Source of the DNA: a virus
Virus record (IMG/VR): IMGVR_UViG_3300042402_007915
Location: 1 to 64,000 of that record
Direction: 5' to 3' (one strand)
Length of the DNA: 64,000 bases
The notes under the pieces were generated by a model. The model worked only from the letters and a program-made list of their open reading frames with translations, did not search any database and was not told the origin of the DNA. Positions 37,348-47,709 of the stretch are shown in pieces. Position 1 is the stretch's first letter. Every line of letters begins with the position of its first letter. The position numbers and the translations under genes are program-made.

Positions 37348-38739
37348 ATGGGTTTGCTTGCAAAAAGAGTCCTTCAGGTACTAAGCCCTGACACGAATCG
37401 CATTATCTTAGAGCGTGCACAAAAAGAAGTTACAAGCTCACACGCTAGGCCAATGAGTCGTACAGCGCCAAACGTTGTAACTCATAGCGCTGGCGGGAAC
37501 TCCTCATCTTATGCTCCATATGCGCAGCTACCCGGGTTCAGGCCTAACTATAGCTTAGGAGCTGAGCCGCCTCGGCCTAGTCCCTGGAACGCATTGGGAG
37601 ACAGAGACGATATCAGCTTCGACCTTCGCGCTTCGGTGGAAGCCAGGAAGAGGCATGGTCCACAGGAACAGCCAATCCCGCCTTATGAAAACGCTCCTTC
37701 TAGGGCTGGTGTGGGACGAGCTACTCGCTACATACCGATTCGTGAAAAAGAACGAGGTTTTAGAGCAGGTCATGCACTTTTCAGCAACGACCCCCCGGAG
37801 TACAGAACTTCGGTCAGACGCTATGTTCCCAATTCAGACACCGTTTTCATCTTTAGCAATCTCCGTACCGGACAGCTAAACAGTTTTCATCGACCGACAG
37901 CGGCAGGCCTAAAAGTAGAAGGGTACAAACCACCTCCCGGTCTAGATCCGGTTGCAGTTGGTGTACATAGGCCAACAGAAAACGTCACGCATAGGCAGGT
38001 GTACCCAATGTCTAAATGGCAAAAGGACCTAGAAGCCAACCAGAGACTTGATAGGCTAGGGCGGATTGCAAACGATAGAATGGCCGAAAAAGCAGAAGCC
38101 GCAGCCCTAAAAGCTGCAGAATTAAAAGCGTCAGCTCCTGTTCAGCCAAGCGGCAAGCCTCCCTCCGATCCTTCCTCCTGGAACGCGAAGTCAAAAATGG
38201 CCGACGAAATTGGCAAGCAAGCTGAAATGGGTCATTACCAAATGGTTCTTTATTCCAAGCCTGCCGGCAAGGGAAACACTGCTGTAGACCAAGCCGTTAA
38301 GGCAGCCACGGGTGCCGCCCCGGTTCCTAGGAACCTAACTAGTGGTTTTGGTGGTATGGGTTCTGTTTTTGGTGGTGCTGCTCTTGGTGGCGGTATGGGT
38401 TATATTGGTAGTGACCCGGAGAGTAGAGGGTTTGGGGCCTTTGCTAAGGGTGCCGTTGCTGGTGCTGTTGGTGGTGCTATTGTTAGTGGTGCTGCTGCCC
38501 GGGGTATGATTAGTGGCGCCGCCGATTACGCAGGAACCTTTGCTAAGAACCACGATCTTGACGAGGCCTCCCAGTTCTTCTCCGACAATGCAAACCGTGC
38601 CCACATGGGTCTAGAGTCCGCTGAAAGCCGAGCCATGCTGTTTGGTGCTGGTGCTATGTTAAGTGGTGCTATGTTTGGTACAAGAAGAAATCGTGCTTCT
38701 GGTATCAACGCCAATAGAGGCAATCGTTTCGGAGGATAA
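37348..38739 (+). CDS. putative virion protein (disordered N-terminus, Gly-zipper C-terminus)
   Basis: 463 aa; composition and position. Confidence 0.55.
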   Translation: MGLLAKRVLQVLSPDTNRIILERAQKEVTSSHARPMSRTAPNVVTHSAGGNSSSYAPYAQLPGFRPNYSLGAEPPRPSPWNALGDRDDISFDLRASVEARKRHGPQEQPIPPYENAPSRAGVGRATRYIPIREKERGFRAGHALFSNDPPEYRTSVRRYVPNSDTVFIFSNLRTGQLNSFHRPTAAGLKVEGYKPPPGLDPVAVGVHRPTENVTHRQVYPMSKWQKDLEANQRLDRLGRIANDRMAEKAEAAALKAAELKASAPVQPSGKPPSDPSSWNAKSKMADEIGKQAEMGHYQMVLYSKPAGKGNTAVDQAVKAATGAAPVPRNLTSGFGGMGSVFGGAALGGGMGYIGSDPESRGFGAFAKGAVAGAVGGAIVSGAAARGMISGAADYAGTFAKNHDLDEASQFFSDNANRAHMGLESAESRAMLFGAGAMLSGAMFGTRRNRASGINANRGNRFGG

Positions 38740-38741
38740 GA

Positions 38742-39176
38742 ATGGCGCTCGCTTTTTACGACAGCAGTCAGACCTTAATTGACGCGTCTAACCCAATTCG
38801 AACTTCACACAATGGCTTCGTTGGTGAGTCTGACGAAGTCTTGTTTCATATTCGCAATGACAGCACGGACAGGTACTACGAAGAGATCTCTGTAGAGATT
38901 GAAGACCTTGAGGGATATGGAACGACTCCTGAGTACGAGCACAAGGGCTGGTCCTTTAAGCTCCTATACGGCTCTAGACGGCCTACAGAGAAGGAGTGGG
39001 ACATGGCCACTAGTATGGCACCGCTTCTAGTTCCTGACCTGGGAGACGACACTGGGGGCGACGACACGACCTATCTTCCTATCTGGCTTCGCATCTACGT
39101 ACCAGGAGGAACAAGAGCACAGTACCGCCCCAATTACTCTCTCAAGATTACTGCTATTGAAAAGGTAGTGCCCTAA
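38742..39176 (+). CDS. putative virion protein
   Basis: 144 aa, GGAGG RBS. Confidence 0.6.
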   Translation: MALAFYDSSQTLIDASNPIRTSHNGFVGESDEVLFHIRNDSTDRYYEEISVEIEDLEGYGTTPEYEHKGWSFKLLYGSRRPTEKEWDMATSMAPLLVPDLGDDTGGDDTTYLPIWLRIYVPGGTRAQYRPNYSLKITAIEKVVP

Positions 39177-39658
39177 TGTCTCGGTCCCTGTTTGAACAGT
39201 ACTCACCACCAAAAGAGATTGCCGATTTTGGTTCTCTTGCAGACAAGGTTAAAAGTCCAGAAAAGCAGATTGAGGAGACACGGGAGAGAATCAACGAAAG
39301 GGTTCAGCAAGCAAAACAAGAAGCAAGAAATGCTGAGTTTAAGGCCCTAAGCTACCAAGAGTCGGTTGAACAGCAGAAGCAGATTGCAGAGGCTCTGGAC
39401 AAGGTCCGGGAGACAAAGACAAGGCTCGGCGCCTTCTCTTCCTTTCTCGAGGCACAGCTCATCACAAACGGCATCTCACCAAATTTCAAACTGAATATCA
39501 GTAAGAGAAGAGCACTTAGAACAGCAACTAAACAGCTCTATGGGAAACCACAAGACGTAATCACCTACGAAATGTACAAAGAGCTTAAAGCCCTTAAAGC
39601 CAAAATGGAAAGAGAAGAGAGCCGAGAGTACGTTAAGGGTGACTGGAGTACCGAATGA
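39176..39658 (+). CDS. coiled-coil hypothetical protein
   Basis: TAATG coupling to the upstream gene. Confidence 0.65.
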   Translation: MSRSLFEQYSPPKEIADFGSLADKVKSPEKQIEETRERINERVQQAKQEARNAEFKALSYQESVEQQKQIAEALDKVRETKTRLGAFSSFLEAQLITNGISPNFKLNISKRRALRTATKQLYGKPQDVITYEMYKELKALKAKMEREESREYVKGDWSTE

Positions 39659-39945
39659 GCTTCTTAAGAAAAGCCGCAAGAGAAGAAGACAGTTACGATT
39701 CGGACAAAGCAAGAGAAGAACAGTATCTTTACTTGTTTCCTAAAATCGGAAGGGACTTTGTTACCAGAGAGGACCTTAGTTCCATCCTTGGATTGATTCT
39801 AGTTTTGCTAGGAAGACCCGATCTGCAAGTAGATTTAGAATCAAACACCTATGCTAAACAAATGGCAGAGAACTATAAAGACAAAATCAACAAGGGTACT
39901 GGTCCCGACTACTCCAAATTAGACCTTGTTAACATGGATGACTAA
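39655..39945 (+). CDS. hypothetical protein
   Basis: ATGA coupling to the upstream gene. Confidence 0.65.
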   Translation: MSFLRKAAREEDSYDSDKAREEQYLYLFPKIGRDFVTREDLSSILGLILVLLGRPDLQVDLESNTYAKQMAENYKDKINKGTGPDYSKLDLVNMDD

Positions 39946-41546
39946 TGGCTCTACGAATCAAAGCTGACATCTACGATCAGGAGACTTACAACAACGTAGT
40001 TCTCCTGATTGACGCTTTTGAAAGTGCCGCGCTTGAGTCTGAGACTCGCGAAGGCATTCTTATGGCTATGCAAGGACCTATTCTTGGATATGGTCAGATC
40101 TTGGATGGCGCTGAAGAGACCCTTGAGAGAATGAAGAAGATAGGCGCCCCTCCTGACATGTCTAAGATGGGAGATCCAACGCCTAACGGCGGCTATGAAG
40201 TTCAGCAAGCAAACACTTCGGATGGATTCAACTACTACCCTGGAGATGCTGAAGGATTCACCGTCAATAGGGGTGCGGGAGGCCTGCCATTACCAAGTCT
40301 GACTATAGGAGGCGGCTCTGTCTCTGGAGAAGCGGACTGGCTAGGAGAAATGCTGAACCTTTCAGAGAAAGAGGCTGATGCTCTTAACGCCTACATGTAC
40401 GAGTGTTGGAACTGTAATACTCGGATTACGTTTAACTGGCAGATACCGCTCATCGACTTGCTGGCGCCAATCCTTTCCCTCCTCACGGACATCAACGAAA
40501 TCCTAGAGAGGCTTGAAGACCTAACAAACCCAGTAAACTTCTTACGGAACTTCTGTAAGTGGATGAACTGGTTTAGCCTAATCTGTCCGGCCGACTGGAT
40601 TTCACTCCTAATGGCCCTAAAGATGCTATTTACCAAGTACCTGACGTTCTCGCTTAGTATTAAGCTTGACTGGACTGTCTTACTTGGACCGCTAATCAAC
40701 TTCATTGTAGAGGCCCTAACCTCCCTAATCAGGCAGATTGCAGGAGTAGTGGTAAACCCCCTAGACTGTCTCATTGGCATCTTCAATACCCTCGTGGAAG
40801 TCGAATTTCAAGGGAAAGATACCTATGCAACCATGAAGGCTGCTAAAGATGAGTTCAAGGCTAGGCTAGAAGAGATTGCTAAAGGCGAAGTAATGCCTAG
40901 CGCTCGTACTTCGTTTGTTATGAGTGGGGTCTACTGGGATCCATTCCAGAAACAGTTTGTCAGGGTCGACCAGGACGTAGCCTTGAGGGATAAATATGAG
41001 TTTGCCGCTAGCAGTGGCAAGAAGACGAACCCCTGGGAGGCCTTCGTTTCCGGTGCCAAATACGAATCTGCCCGAAACATGAAAGAGGCAATTCAGCACC
41101 CCAAGCGGGAAGACATGTTCTTCTATACGTTTGTGGGGGCGGTTAAGGAAGCGAAGGACTACATCTTAGAAGTCTCGGCCCAGCTAATTGAAACCCTTAA
41201 CTCGATCAAAGGTCTTTGTGCCGGTGGGCTAAGCGTACAGCTCGAAGGTCTTGGGTTTATGCTTTTGATCCTGCAAATGATTCGCATGGTCCTTATGATC
41301 ATTAAGCTAATCCAGTCCAACAAAGATGTAACCGATTGGTGTGATTACCTTGAGAAGCATCCCGAGAAGCTTGAAGACGCACTTAAAGAGTTTGTCGACC
41401 CAGGTAGTAGCGCAAAAGAAGGCAGGGTCACTGTTAAGGGGCACTCTATCGACATGGCAAGTTGTATAAGTAGTCGTGATCCGCAAGAGTCTGTTATGCT
41501 TAGCAAATGGATCTCTGAACTTACGGAGAAAACTAATGCATCCTAG
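39945..41546 (+). CDS. helical hypothetical protein
   Basis: 533 aa with amphipathic helices, directly before the portal. Confidence 0.7.
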   Translation: MALRIKADIYDQETYNNVVLLIDAFESAALESETREGILMAMQGPILGYGQILDGAEETLERMKKIGAPPDMSKMGDPTPNGGYEVQQANTSDGFNYYPGDAEGFTVNRGAGGLPLPSLTIGGGSVSGEADWLGEMLNLSEKEADALNAYMYECWNCNTRITFNWQIPLIDLLAPILSLLTDINEILERLEDLTNPVNFLRNFCKWMNWFSLICPADWISLLMALKMLFTKYLTFSLSIKLDWTVLLGPLINFIVEALTSLIRQIAGVVVNPLDCLIGIFNTLVEVEFQGKDTYATMKAAKDEFKARLEEIAKGEVMPSARTSFVMSGVYWDPFQKQFVRVDQDVALRDKYEFAASSGKKTNPWEAFVSGAKYESARNMKEAIQHPKREDMFFYTFVGAVKEAKDYILEVSAQLIETLNSIKGLCAGGLSVQLEGLGFMLLILQMIRMVLMIIKLIQSNKDVTDWCDYLEKHPEKLEDALKEFVDPGSSAKEGRVTVKGHSIDMASCISSRDPQESVMLSKWISELTEKTNAS

Positions 41547-43305
41547 AATCGCAGAGCTCATAATTGACCTCCGTAAGCAGGAGTTCGACACTGGTTACGG
41601 CATGTTTGTTGCTGACAGGAAGGCTGACGAAGTTAAGAAAGTCAGTTCTAGGGCCTTGTCTTACGTAGAGAAGTACGGCCGCGACATTTTCTTCAACGCC
41701 GAGTATGACTTTAGGGAGATTCAGATTGCACAGCACTCTGACGGGTACATCTCAAGGTCTATCCGGAAGAAGATCAACCGAATCCTAACTGCCGGGTTCA
41801 CTTTGGTCAGCCCAAGTGACGACCCTCTTAACTATGTAAAGGCCAGACTGTCCGCCATTGCTTTGGCTACGTCCTACCCTACTGAGTGTTTGGTCCGAGA
41901 CTTCTTGTTTGATGCCTCGAGGTATAACAACTGTATTGCTGTTAAGACTCGTAGTGCAGAGCTGTCAGACGGAGACTTGCGTTCTGATTTGAATGGGCGC
42001 GAGCTTAAGCCAGTGGCGGGCTACCATATTCTGCCCTTAGAGACGCTTAGGTTCAGAGCTAAAGAGAACGGCGAGCTTCTTGAAGTCGAACAGCGCATGG
42101 TCAATGGGACCTATAAGGTCTTCAAGGCCAAAGACATTCTGCACTTCAGTACAAACAAAAGCCCTGGATTCTTTCTTGGTACGCCTGAACTGATCCCTGC
42201 AATCGACGACATCGTTATCCTTAGACGTATTGAAGAAAACATTCAGGACCTAATCGAAACAAATCTGTTCCCGGTATACCACTACACCGTAGGCACTGAC
42301 GCAATGCCAGAGCGTATGTCTCCAGAGGGGTATAAAGAGTCAGATAAGTTGGCGACAAAGATTAAGTTCATGAACCCAGGGCAGGTCATCGTTAGTGACC
42401 ATAGGCACAAGATCACTGCAGTCGGCTCGGAAGGACGGTCCCTTAAGATTGAAGGCTACATAGACCACTTCAAGAAGCGCGTCTTTGCCTCTCTAGGTAC
42501 CTCTGGTCTCGATATGGGCGAGTCTGACTCTGCCAATAGGTCTACGGCCTCTACCTTGAGCAAGGGAATGCTACTGGACATTGAGGCGTTGACACTTGAG
42601 TTTACCTACTTCTTTAACAACTTTGTGCTGAATGAGCTGCTTATGGAAGGCGGCTACGACATCTTAGACCCGGAACAGCAGGTTAAGATTCAGTTTGGAG
42701 TCATTGACAAAGAAGAACGCCGCGCGGACGAAAACCAGATTATCCAGTTGTTTTCCGCCAACCTTATTGACATTGACGAAGCCCGCATTGCATTGGGACG
42801 CAAGGTCTTCGATGAAGACCAAATCGAAAAGACACACTACAAGATGTTTGGTGAACCGGCAGAGCTTCTCAAGGCCGCTCAGGTTCCTCTTGCAGCTGGT
42901 GAAGCCCTTGCTCAGTCTCCGACATCTTCTATCACACCAGAAGGGGTGAAGAAGGAAGAGAAGCAGCGCAACGAAGAGAACAAACTTGCGAAGAAAGCAG
43001 CGGCACAAAAGCCCGCTGCTGGGGCAAAACCCCAAAAGAGTGGAAGGCCAACAACCAGGAAGAACGGAACCTCTACAAATAGAAGCCGCCCTGCTAACCA
43101 GTATGGTAAGCGCTCCTCGGCCAAAACAACAAAAGATGTAGAATTCCCGAATAATCAACGTATAATGATTGAAAAAGATTTGGCAGATTCTCCCAACCTG
43201 GACTCCTGGGTCGAACTAGTTTGGCAAAGGTACGAGTCCATGGATGGCTTCAACGTTTCATTGCAAAGTGTAGCTGAATCTATGCTTTGGAGGCTAAATG
43301 AATAA
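41536..43305 (+). CDS. portal protein
   Basis: Between TerL and the protease; ILHF...FFLGTP, LGTS...ANRSTA, IDIDEARIALG portal-type motifs; GGAG RBS before ATG 41536. Confidence 0.85.
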   Translation: MHPRIAELIIDLRKQEFDTGYGMFVADRKADEVKKVSSRALSYVEKYGRDIFFNAEYDFREIQIAQHSDGYISRSIRKKINRILTAGFTLVSPSDDPLNYVKARLSAIALATSYPTECLVRDFLFDASRYNNCIAVKTRSAELSDGDLRSDLNGRELKPVAGYHILPLETLRFRAKENGELLEVEQRMVNGTYKVFKAKDILHFSTNKSPGFFLGTPELIPAIDDIVILRRIEENIQDLIETNLFPVYHYTVGTDAMPERMSPEGYKESDKLATKIKFMNPGQVIVSDHRHKITAVGSEGRSLKIEGYIDHFKKRVFASLGTSGLDMGESDSANRSTASTLSKGMLLDIEALTLEFTYFFNNFVLNELLMEGGYDILDPEQQVKIQFGVIDKEERRADENQIIQLFSANLIDIDEARIALGRKVFDEDQIEKTHYKMFGEPAELLKAAQVPLAAGEALAQSPTSSITPEGVKKEEKQRNEENKLAKKAAAQKPAAGAKPQKSGRPTTRKNGTSTNRSRPANQYGKRSSAKTTKDVEFPNNQRIMIEKDLADSPNLDSWVELVWQRYESMDGFNVSLQSVAESMLWRLNE

Positions 43306-44779
43306 CTTAAAGGACAAAAGCACTAATGTCCTGGGCGGAGAGACCGCTCTCGACGCTAAGGGCTTACTTGACGTTGCTTTTGATGAAGCTCGCGGCCCCA
43401 AGAAGGGAATTCTTGTGGATTTGGTGTTTAGCACCTCCGGTAAGGTGACGAATCATAGGATTTACAGAGCGAGCGGACACGTAGCAGGAATGTCTACTTG
43501 GACCAAGCCATACAAGAAGCCCATGATTGTGCAGCACAACATGGAAGGAAGCGAGCCTCTTGGCCGAGTCCAGTCTGTTCGATGGCAGGAAAATCCCGAG
43601 GCTGTTCGTTTCTTCAATAGCAAGGGTGAGTACGAGCTCTTCAAAAAGACCTTGAATGAAGGCAGTGCTGTTGAGGTCTACAAGGCTTTCGAAAAGCATG
43701 GCCTCCTAAACAACAAGGACTGGCCCGGTGTCGGAGACGTTATCGGTACTGTTCGCATTACTGACAAAACCGCCGCCGAAAAGTTCATTGATGAGCGGTA
43801 CCTAACAGTTTCAGCTGGGCAAGACACGGATAGCCTTGCATGTGGCCTCTGCGGAGCAGACCATGCTAAAGGCAAGCGTTGCCCCCACAAGCGTGGACTT
43901 AAGGACGACAAGGGCCGTGTTGCTATTTTTGTTACCGGAACCATGAGCGGATCTGAAATTTCGGTAGTGAATAGCCCCGCAAATGATCGTTCTACTACAG
44001 TTGGTATTTCGATTGAGGATTCGGAAGAGTCCCAAGAGGATACCGAAACTATCTCAATCGCAACCCTCTTAGACGAAAAGGAAACTGATAAAATGCCTAC
44101 TCTTGCAGACATGTCCATGGACGAGTTCAAGGCGTTGATCGCCGATATGATCTCGGTAAAGACTCCCGCGCCAGTTGAAGACGCGCTGGAGACCGTATAC
44201 AAGAAGAAGACCAAGATGAGCGGCGAGAACCTCCCTACTCTCTCGGACAGCAAGTATCCATACAGGACAGCGGACGACCTGAAGGTCCTCCTTGCACTTG
44301 TTGATGGCCTAGAGGATGAAGAGAGCCTCGCCCTCGCTAAGCTTGCTACCGACAAGGTAGAGGAGCTCACGAAGACCAGTACAATCGCAGATGAACTTGC
44401 GACCCTTAAGGCAGAGCTCGAAAGCGTTAAGGCCGATTACGCGGCTGCACTGGTTCTGAATGACAGCCTGAAGACTCAGGTTGCTGAGCTTTCAGAAAAA
44501 ATTTCTGTAGAAAAGAACACAGATGCTTCGGTTGGTGTAGACGCCGAGAAGCTAAGTAACGAAAATGAAACCAAGGTAATTGATAATCCCAGTGTAAGCG
44601 GGACTCCAGCCCTCGACTCAAAAGGTACGAAGCTGTCAGACACGCTTAACTACCATGTAAGTACATACCACAAGCTTCTGAAAGATAAGGGTGGGAGAGC
44701 TGCTGAAGGGTACTTGATGAATATCAAGGCAAACAGGCTTGTTCCACGCGATTTCGATCCTACTAAGTACAACTCATAA
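43298..44779 (+). CDS. prohead protease / scaffold
   Basis: IVQHN, YLTVSAG, EISVVNSPAN protease motifs plus an acidic coiled-coil tail. Confidence 0.85.
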   Translation: MNNLKDKSTNVLGGETALDAKGLLDVAFDEARGPKKGILVDLVFSTSGKVTNHRIYRASGHVAGMSTWTKPYKKPMIVQHNMEGSEPLGRVQSVRWQENPEAVRFFNSKGEYELFKKTLNEGSAVEVYKAFEKHGLLNNKDWPGVGDVIGTVRITDKTAAEKFIDERYLTVSAGQDTDSLACGLCGADHAKGKRCPHKRGLKDDKGRVAIFVTGTMSGSEISVVNSPANDRSTTVGISIEDSEESQEDTETISIATLLDEKETDKMPTLADMSMDEFKALIADMISVKTPAPVEDALETVYKKKTKMSGENLPTLSDSKYPYRTADDLKVLLALVDGLEDEESLALAKLATDKVEELTKTSTIADELATLKAELESVKADYAAALVLNDSLKTQVAELSEKISVEKNTDASVGVDAEKLSNENETKVIDNPSVSGTPALDSKGTKLSDTLNYHVSTYHKLLKDKGGRAAEGYLMNIKANRLVPRDFDPTKYNS

Positions 44780-44791
44780 GGAGTTTGAAAA

Positions 44792-46138
44792 ATGGCAAAG
44801 CCTCTTGTTCGTCGCGACGAATTCTTTGGGGAGATGACTCCCTCCAACACCCGTAACCAGAACGTTATCTTTCCTCAGGGTACTTACATCCCTGCTAAGT
44901 GGCTCCCGGTAGCATTTACTGTTACTGACCGTGATGCTGGCAGCGATGCTTTCGTAATCTCGGAAGGAAAGCCTGTCTGTTTTGATAGCACGGGTGCTCT
45001 CGTTCCTGCTGGTTACTACTGGTACGTTACCAAGCTGAACGCAACCACTGATAACTTTGTTACCTATACTGCTACCGACGTTGAGTGGGGAGTCCAGGAC
45101 ATCACCACTGGTGAGGCAGTTGCTGCTGCTGTCGCTTATGACGCAATCACTGTTGCCAAGGCTCTCGTTGAGCGTGGCCTCGTAAACAGCACCACGATCC
45201 CGTCAAACGCTTCGGGCTGCAAGACCATCTTTGGTCTGTTCTTCTCTCTGCCGGTTGGTCTGGCCCCATATGACTTCTATAAGTACCTTGGGAAGAACGA
45301 GGACGGCGATGCAGTTCTCCATAACTACCTCAAGCAGTCGAACGTTCAGTTCCAGACCGAGAAGATGCTTGACGTTCTGAACCGTGCTGCTGATAGTACC
45401 ACTTCAGATGCCTTTGACGCTGCGGCCATTACCACGATTACTGCTCCTTCGGCGGTTGGAGACTTCCCCGAGGCTGGACAGGTTTGGACTGCTGCCGCTC
45501 TCGCTGCGACTGTTCGTTTCTCCCTCATGGGCATTACCAGCTCCAAGCCAGTTGTTGCTCTGAAGCTTGCTAACCGTGACGTTGCTTCTGTAACTGACCG
45601 CACTCCGTTCAGCTGCGATGACGCTAGCGTTCTGGTTAAGCTCAAGGCTTCTCCGGCTGCTATCCGCTCGGAAGGCGATTACTACATTGACCACTCAATG
45701 GGTATTGTCTTCATTCACGATGACACTTGGGCCGCCCTTGTTGCTGACGCCGTCACCGCCACCTTCAGCTACTACTTCTACGCTGCTCCTGGTAGCATCA
45801 CTGACGTAGCTAGCGGCCACCGCCACGTTTACTTCGAGGGCATTTGCCGTCCAGGTGACCGCGTTGGTATCGACAAGCAGTCCAACTACGTTGTTGCAGG
45901 CGGAACGAGTGACGTTCTCCCCAGCGGCACTAGCTTTGGCTTTGTAAACTTCTGTGAATATGAGCCTTACGCCCTCATGACCCACGTCAAGAGCGCACAG
46001 GAAGAGCGTCCAGGCCGCACGGTACCCGCTACCGCTAAGATGCCAGGTACTGCTTCTAAGGGCTTCTCCGACAGTATCATGAAGGCTCGCGAGACGGTTG
46101 CTGATCGCCACGTCATCGTAACCCTTCGCTTCCTCTAA
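44792..46138 (+). CDS. head decoration / structural protein
   Basis: Directly upstream of the capsid gene, strong RBS, biased codons. Confidence 0.6.
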   Translation: MAKPLVRRDEFFGEMTPSNTRNQNVIFPQGTYIPAKWLPVAFTVTDRDAGSDAFVISEGKPVCFDSTGALVPAGYYWYVTKLNATTDNFVTYTATDVEWGVQDITTGEAVAAAVAYDAITVAKALVERGLVNSTTIPSNASGCKTIFGLFFSLPVGLAPYDFYKYLGKNEDGDAVLHNYLKQSNVQFQTEKMLDVLNRAADSTTSDAFDAAAITTITAPSAVGDFPEAGQVWTAAALAATVRFSLMGITSSKPVVALKLANRDVASVTDRTPFSCDDASVLVKLKASPAAIRSEGDYYIDHSMGIVFIHDDTWAALVADAVTATFSYYFYAAPGSITDVASGHRHVYFEGICRPGDRVGIDKQSNYVVAGGTSDVLPSGTSFGFVNFCEYEPYALMTHVKSAQEERPGRTVPATAKMPGTASKGFSDSIMKARETVADRHVIVTLRFL

Positions 46139-46165
46139 TTCATAACGATCTAAGGAGTCAATGAA

Positions 46166-47449
46166 ATGGCTACTCTAAAGCTTACTGACGGCAACGAGGT
46201 TCCGGTTGAGAACAACCAGGAGTCCGCTCGTCTTCTGAACTATGCGTTTAACAACTCGGGGCACATTCCTGGGCAGGCGGAGGCTCTTGATTGGAGTCGT
46301 TTCGTAGGCTCGCTGAAGGACACTGTCGCTGCAGGTTCGATTAAGCCGCTGCTTACCTCGAGCATTGAGATTACGATGCGTGAGAGCGTTGAGCCTCTTA
46401 TGCCAATCCATACCCTGTTTGATGTAATCCAGGCTCGCGGTATGTCGACTCAGGTTGTTGCTGGTGCAATCGGCGCTGCCTTCCATGCTGCTGACGTTGG
46501 TGAGCAGGGTACTTACCCTGAAGCCACGTTCACCATGGGTGGTGGCATGCAGACTGCCATGATTGGCAAGTGTGGTATCCAGCAGTCGTTCACCGACGAC
46601 GCTCTTCGCTACGCCAACTTCGACCTCATGGGCTTGAACCTCCGTGAGATGGCAAAGGCAATGAAGCGCCACAAGGAGAACAAGGCACGCGCCTTCCTCC
46701 GTCAGCTCGGTGTTCCTCTCTTCGACAACGCTGACCCCACTTCGTCTCTCTTTGGTATCTGCACTGGCCGCGGCCTTGATATGGCCGCTAACGGCGCCCT
46801 TACCATGGACGACCTCCTGAAGGCCGTTTCTCACTCTGCTGAGCAGGGTTATGTTTACGACCTCCTGATTGTCCATCCAACCACCTACCTCATGTTCCAG
46901 CACGATCCGGTTATGCGTAACCTGTTCCTCATGGGCCAGGGCGGTTCGTACTTCGGTCAGACTGCTGGTAACCCCGGTCCTCTCGATCCTTGGGGTTGGG
47001 GTAACATGGGTCCTGCTCGCGGTCGCTTTGTCACTCCGGTTGGCGCTGCTAACGGTGATGACCCGACTGGCAACTTCAACTCAATCGCTTGGGGTTCTGA
47101 TAGCCGCCCCGTCCTCCCCTCCTACGGTCCCAAGGGCATTACTGTCCTCGCTTCGGCTATGGTTCCGTTCGACGAGTCGACTGGTCTTTCGGACGCCTAC
47201 TTTGTCTCCAGCGGCAACGTTGGTATGATGCTGGTTGATGAGGGTGAGACCAAGGCTGAGTGGTACGACCAGACCCGCGAGGTAACGACCATCCGTATGC
47301 GCGAGCGTTACGGTTTCGCCATCAAGAACGATGGTATGGGCGTTGGTCTTATCAAGAACCTGAAGGTTGTCCGTAACTACTGGGATGGTGCTGTCCACGC
47401 CGAGGCTGCTCCTGTTGAGCCCATCGACGTGACCACTGCTGTAGTCTAG
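46166..47449 (+). CDS. major capsid protein (HK97 fold)
   Basis: VGEQGTYPE, KCGIQQSFTDDAL, IRMRERYG; followed by a terminator. Confidence 0.9.
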   Translation: MATLKLTDGNEVPVENNQESARLLNYAFNNSGHIPGQAEALDWSRFVGSLKDTVAAGSIKPLLTSSIEITMRESVEPLMPIHTLFDVIQARGMSTQVVAGAIGAAFHAADVGEQGTYPEATFTMGGGMQTAMIGKCGIQQSFTDDALRYANFDLMGLNLREMAKAMKRHKENKARAFLRQLGVPLFDNADPTSSLFGICTGRGLDMAANGALTMDDLLKAVSHSAEQGYVYDLLIVHPTTYLMFQHDPVMRNLFLMGQGGSYFGQTAGNPGPLDPWGWGNMGPARGRFVTPVGAANGDDPTGNFNSIAWGSDSRPVLPSYGPKGITVLASAMVPFDESTGLSDAYFVSSGNVGMMLVDEGETKAEWYDQTREVTTIRMRERYGFAIKNDGMGVGLIKNLKVVRNYWDGAVHAEAAPVEPIDVTTAVV

Positions 47450-47475
47450 ACGATCCAGGGGTGACCCTATAAGAT

Positions 47476-47504
47476 AGGGGGAGCGCAAGCTCCCCCTACT
47501 TATT
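47476..47504 (+). terminator. intrinsic terminator after the capsid gene
   Basis: AGGGGGAGC GCAA GCTCCCCCT followed by a T-rich tail. Confidence 0.7.
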
Positions 47505-47515
47505 TGGAGATTCAT

Positions 47516-47707
47516 ATGGTTAGTTCTAAGTACGAAGACTTGTTAAGAGAGCTCCTTGGCCAAAAGACTAAGGTCCAGAGCGTTGCTGATCCGAGTAGAG
47601 AACTAGAAGTTGTAGATTTAGAGCTCGAGGTCTTTAATCAAGTCGAAGCAAGCGAGACCAAAGTCTTCAAGGCTAAATTCATTCGTCCGTCCGAAGAAGA
47701 GGAGTAA
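47516..47707 (+). CDS. hypothetical protein
   Basis: GGAG RBS, ATG 47516. Confidence 0.55.
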   Translation: MVSSKYEDLLRELLGQKTKVQSVADPSRELEVVDLELEVFNQVEASETKVFKAKFIRPSEEEE

Positions 47708-47709
47708 CA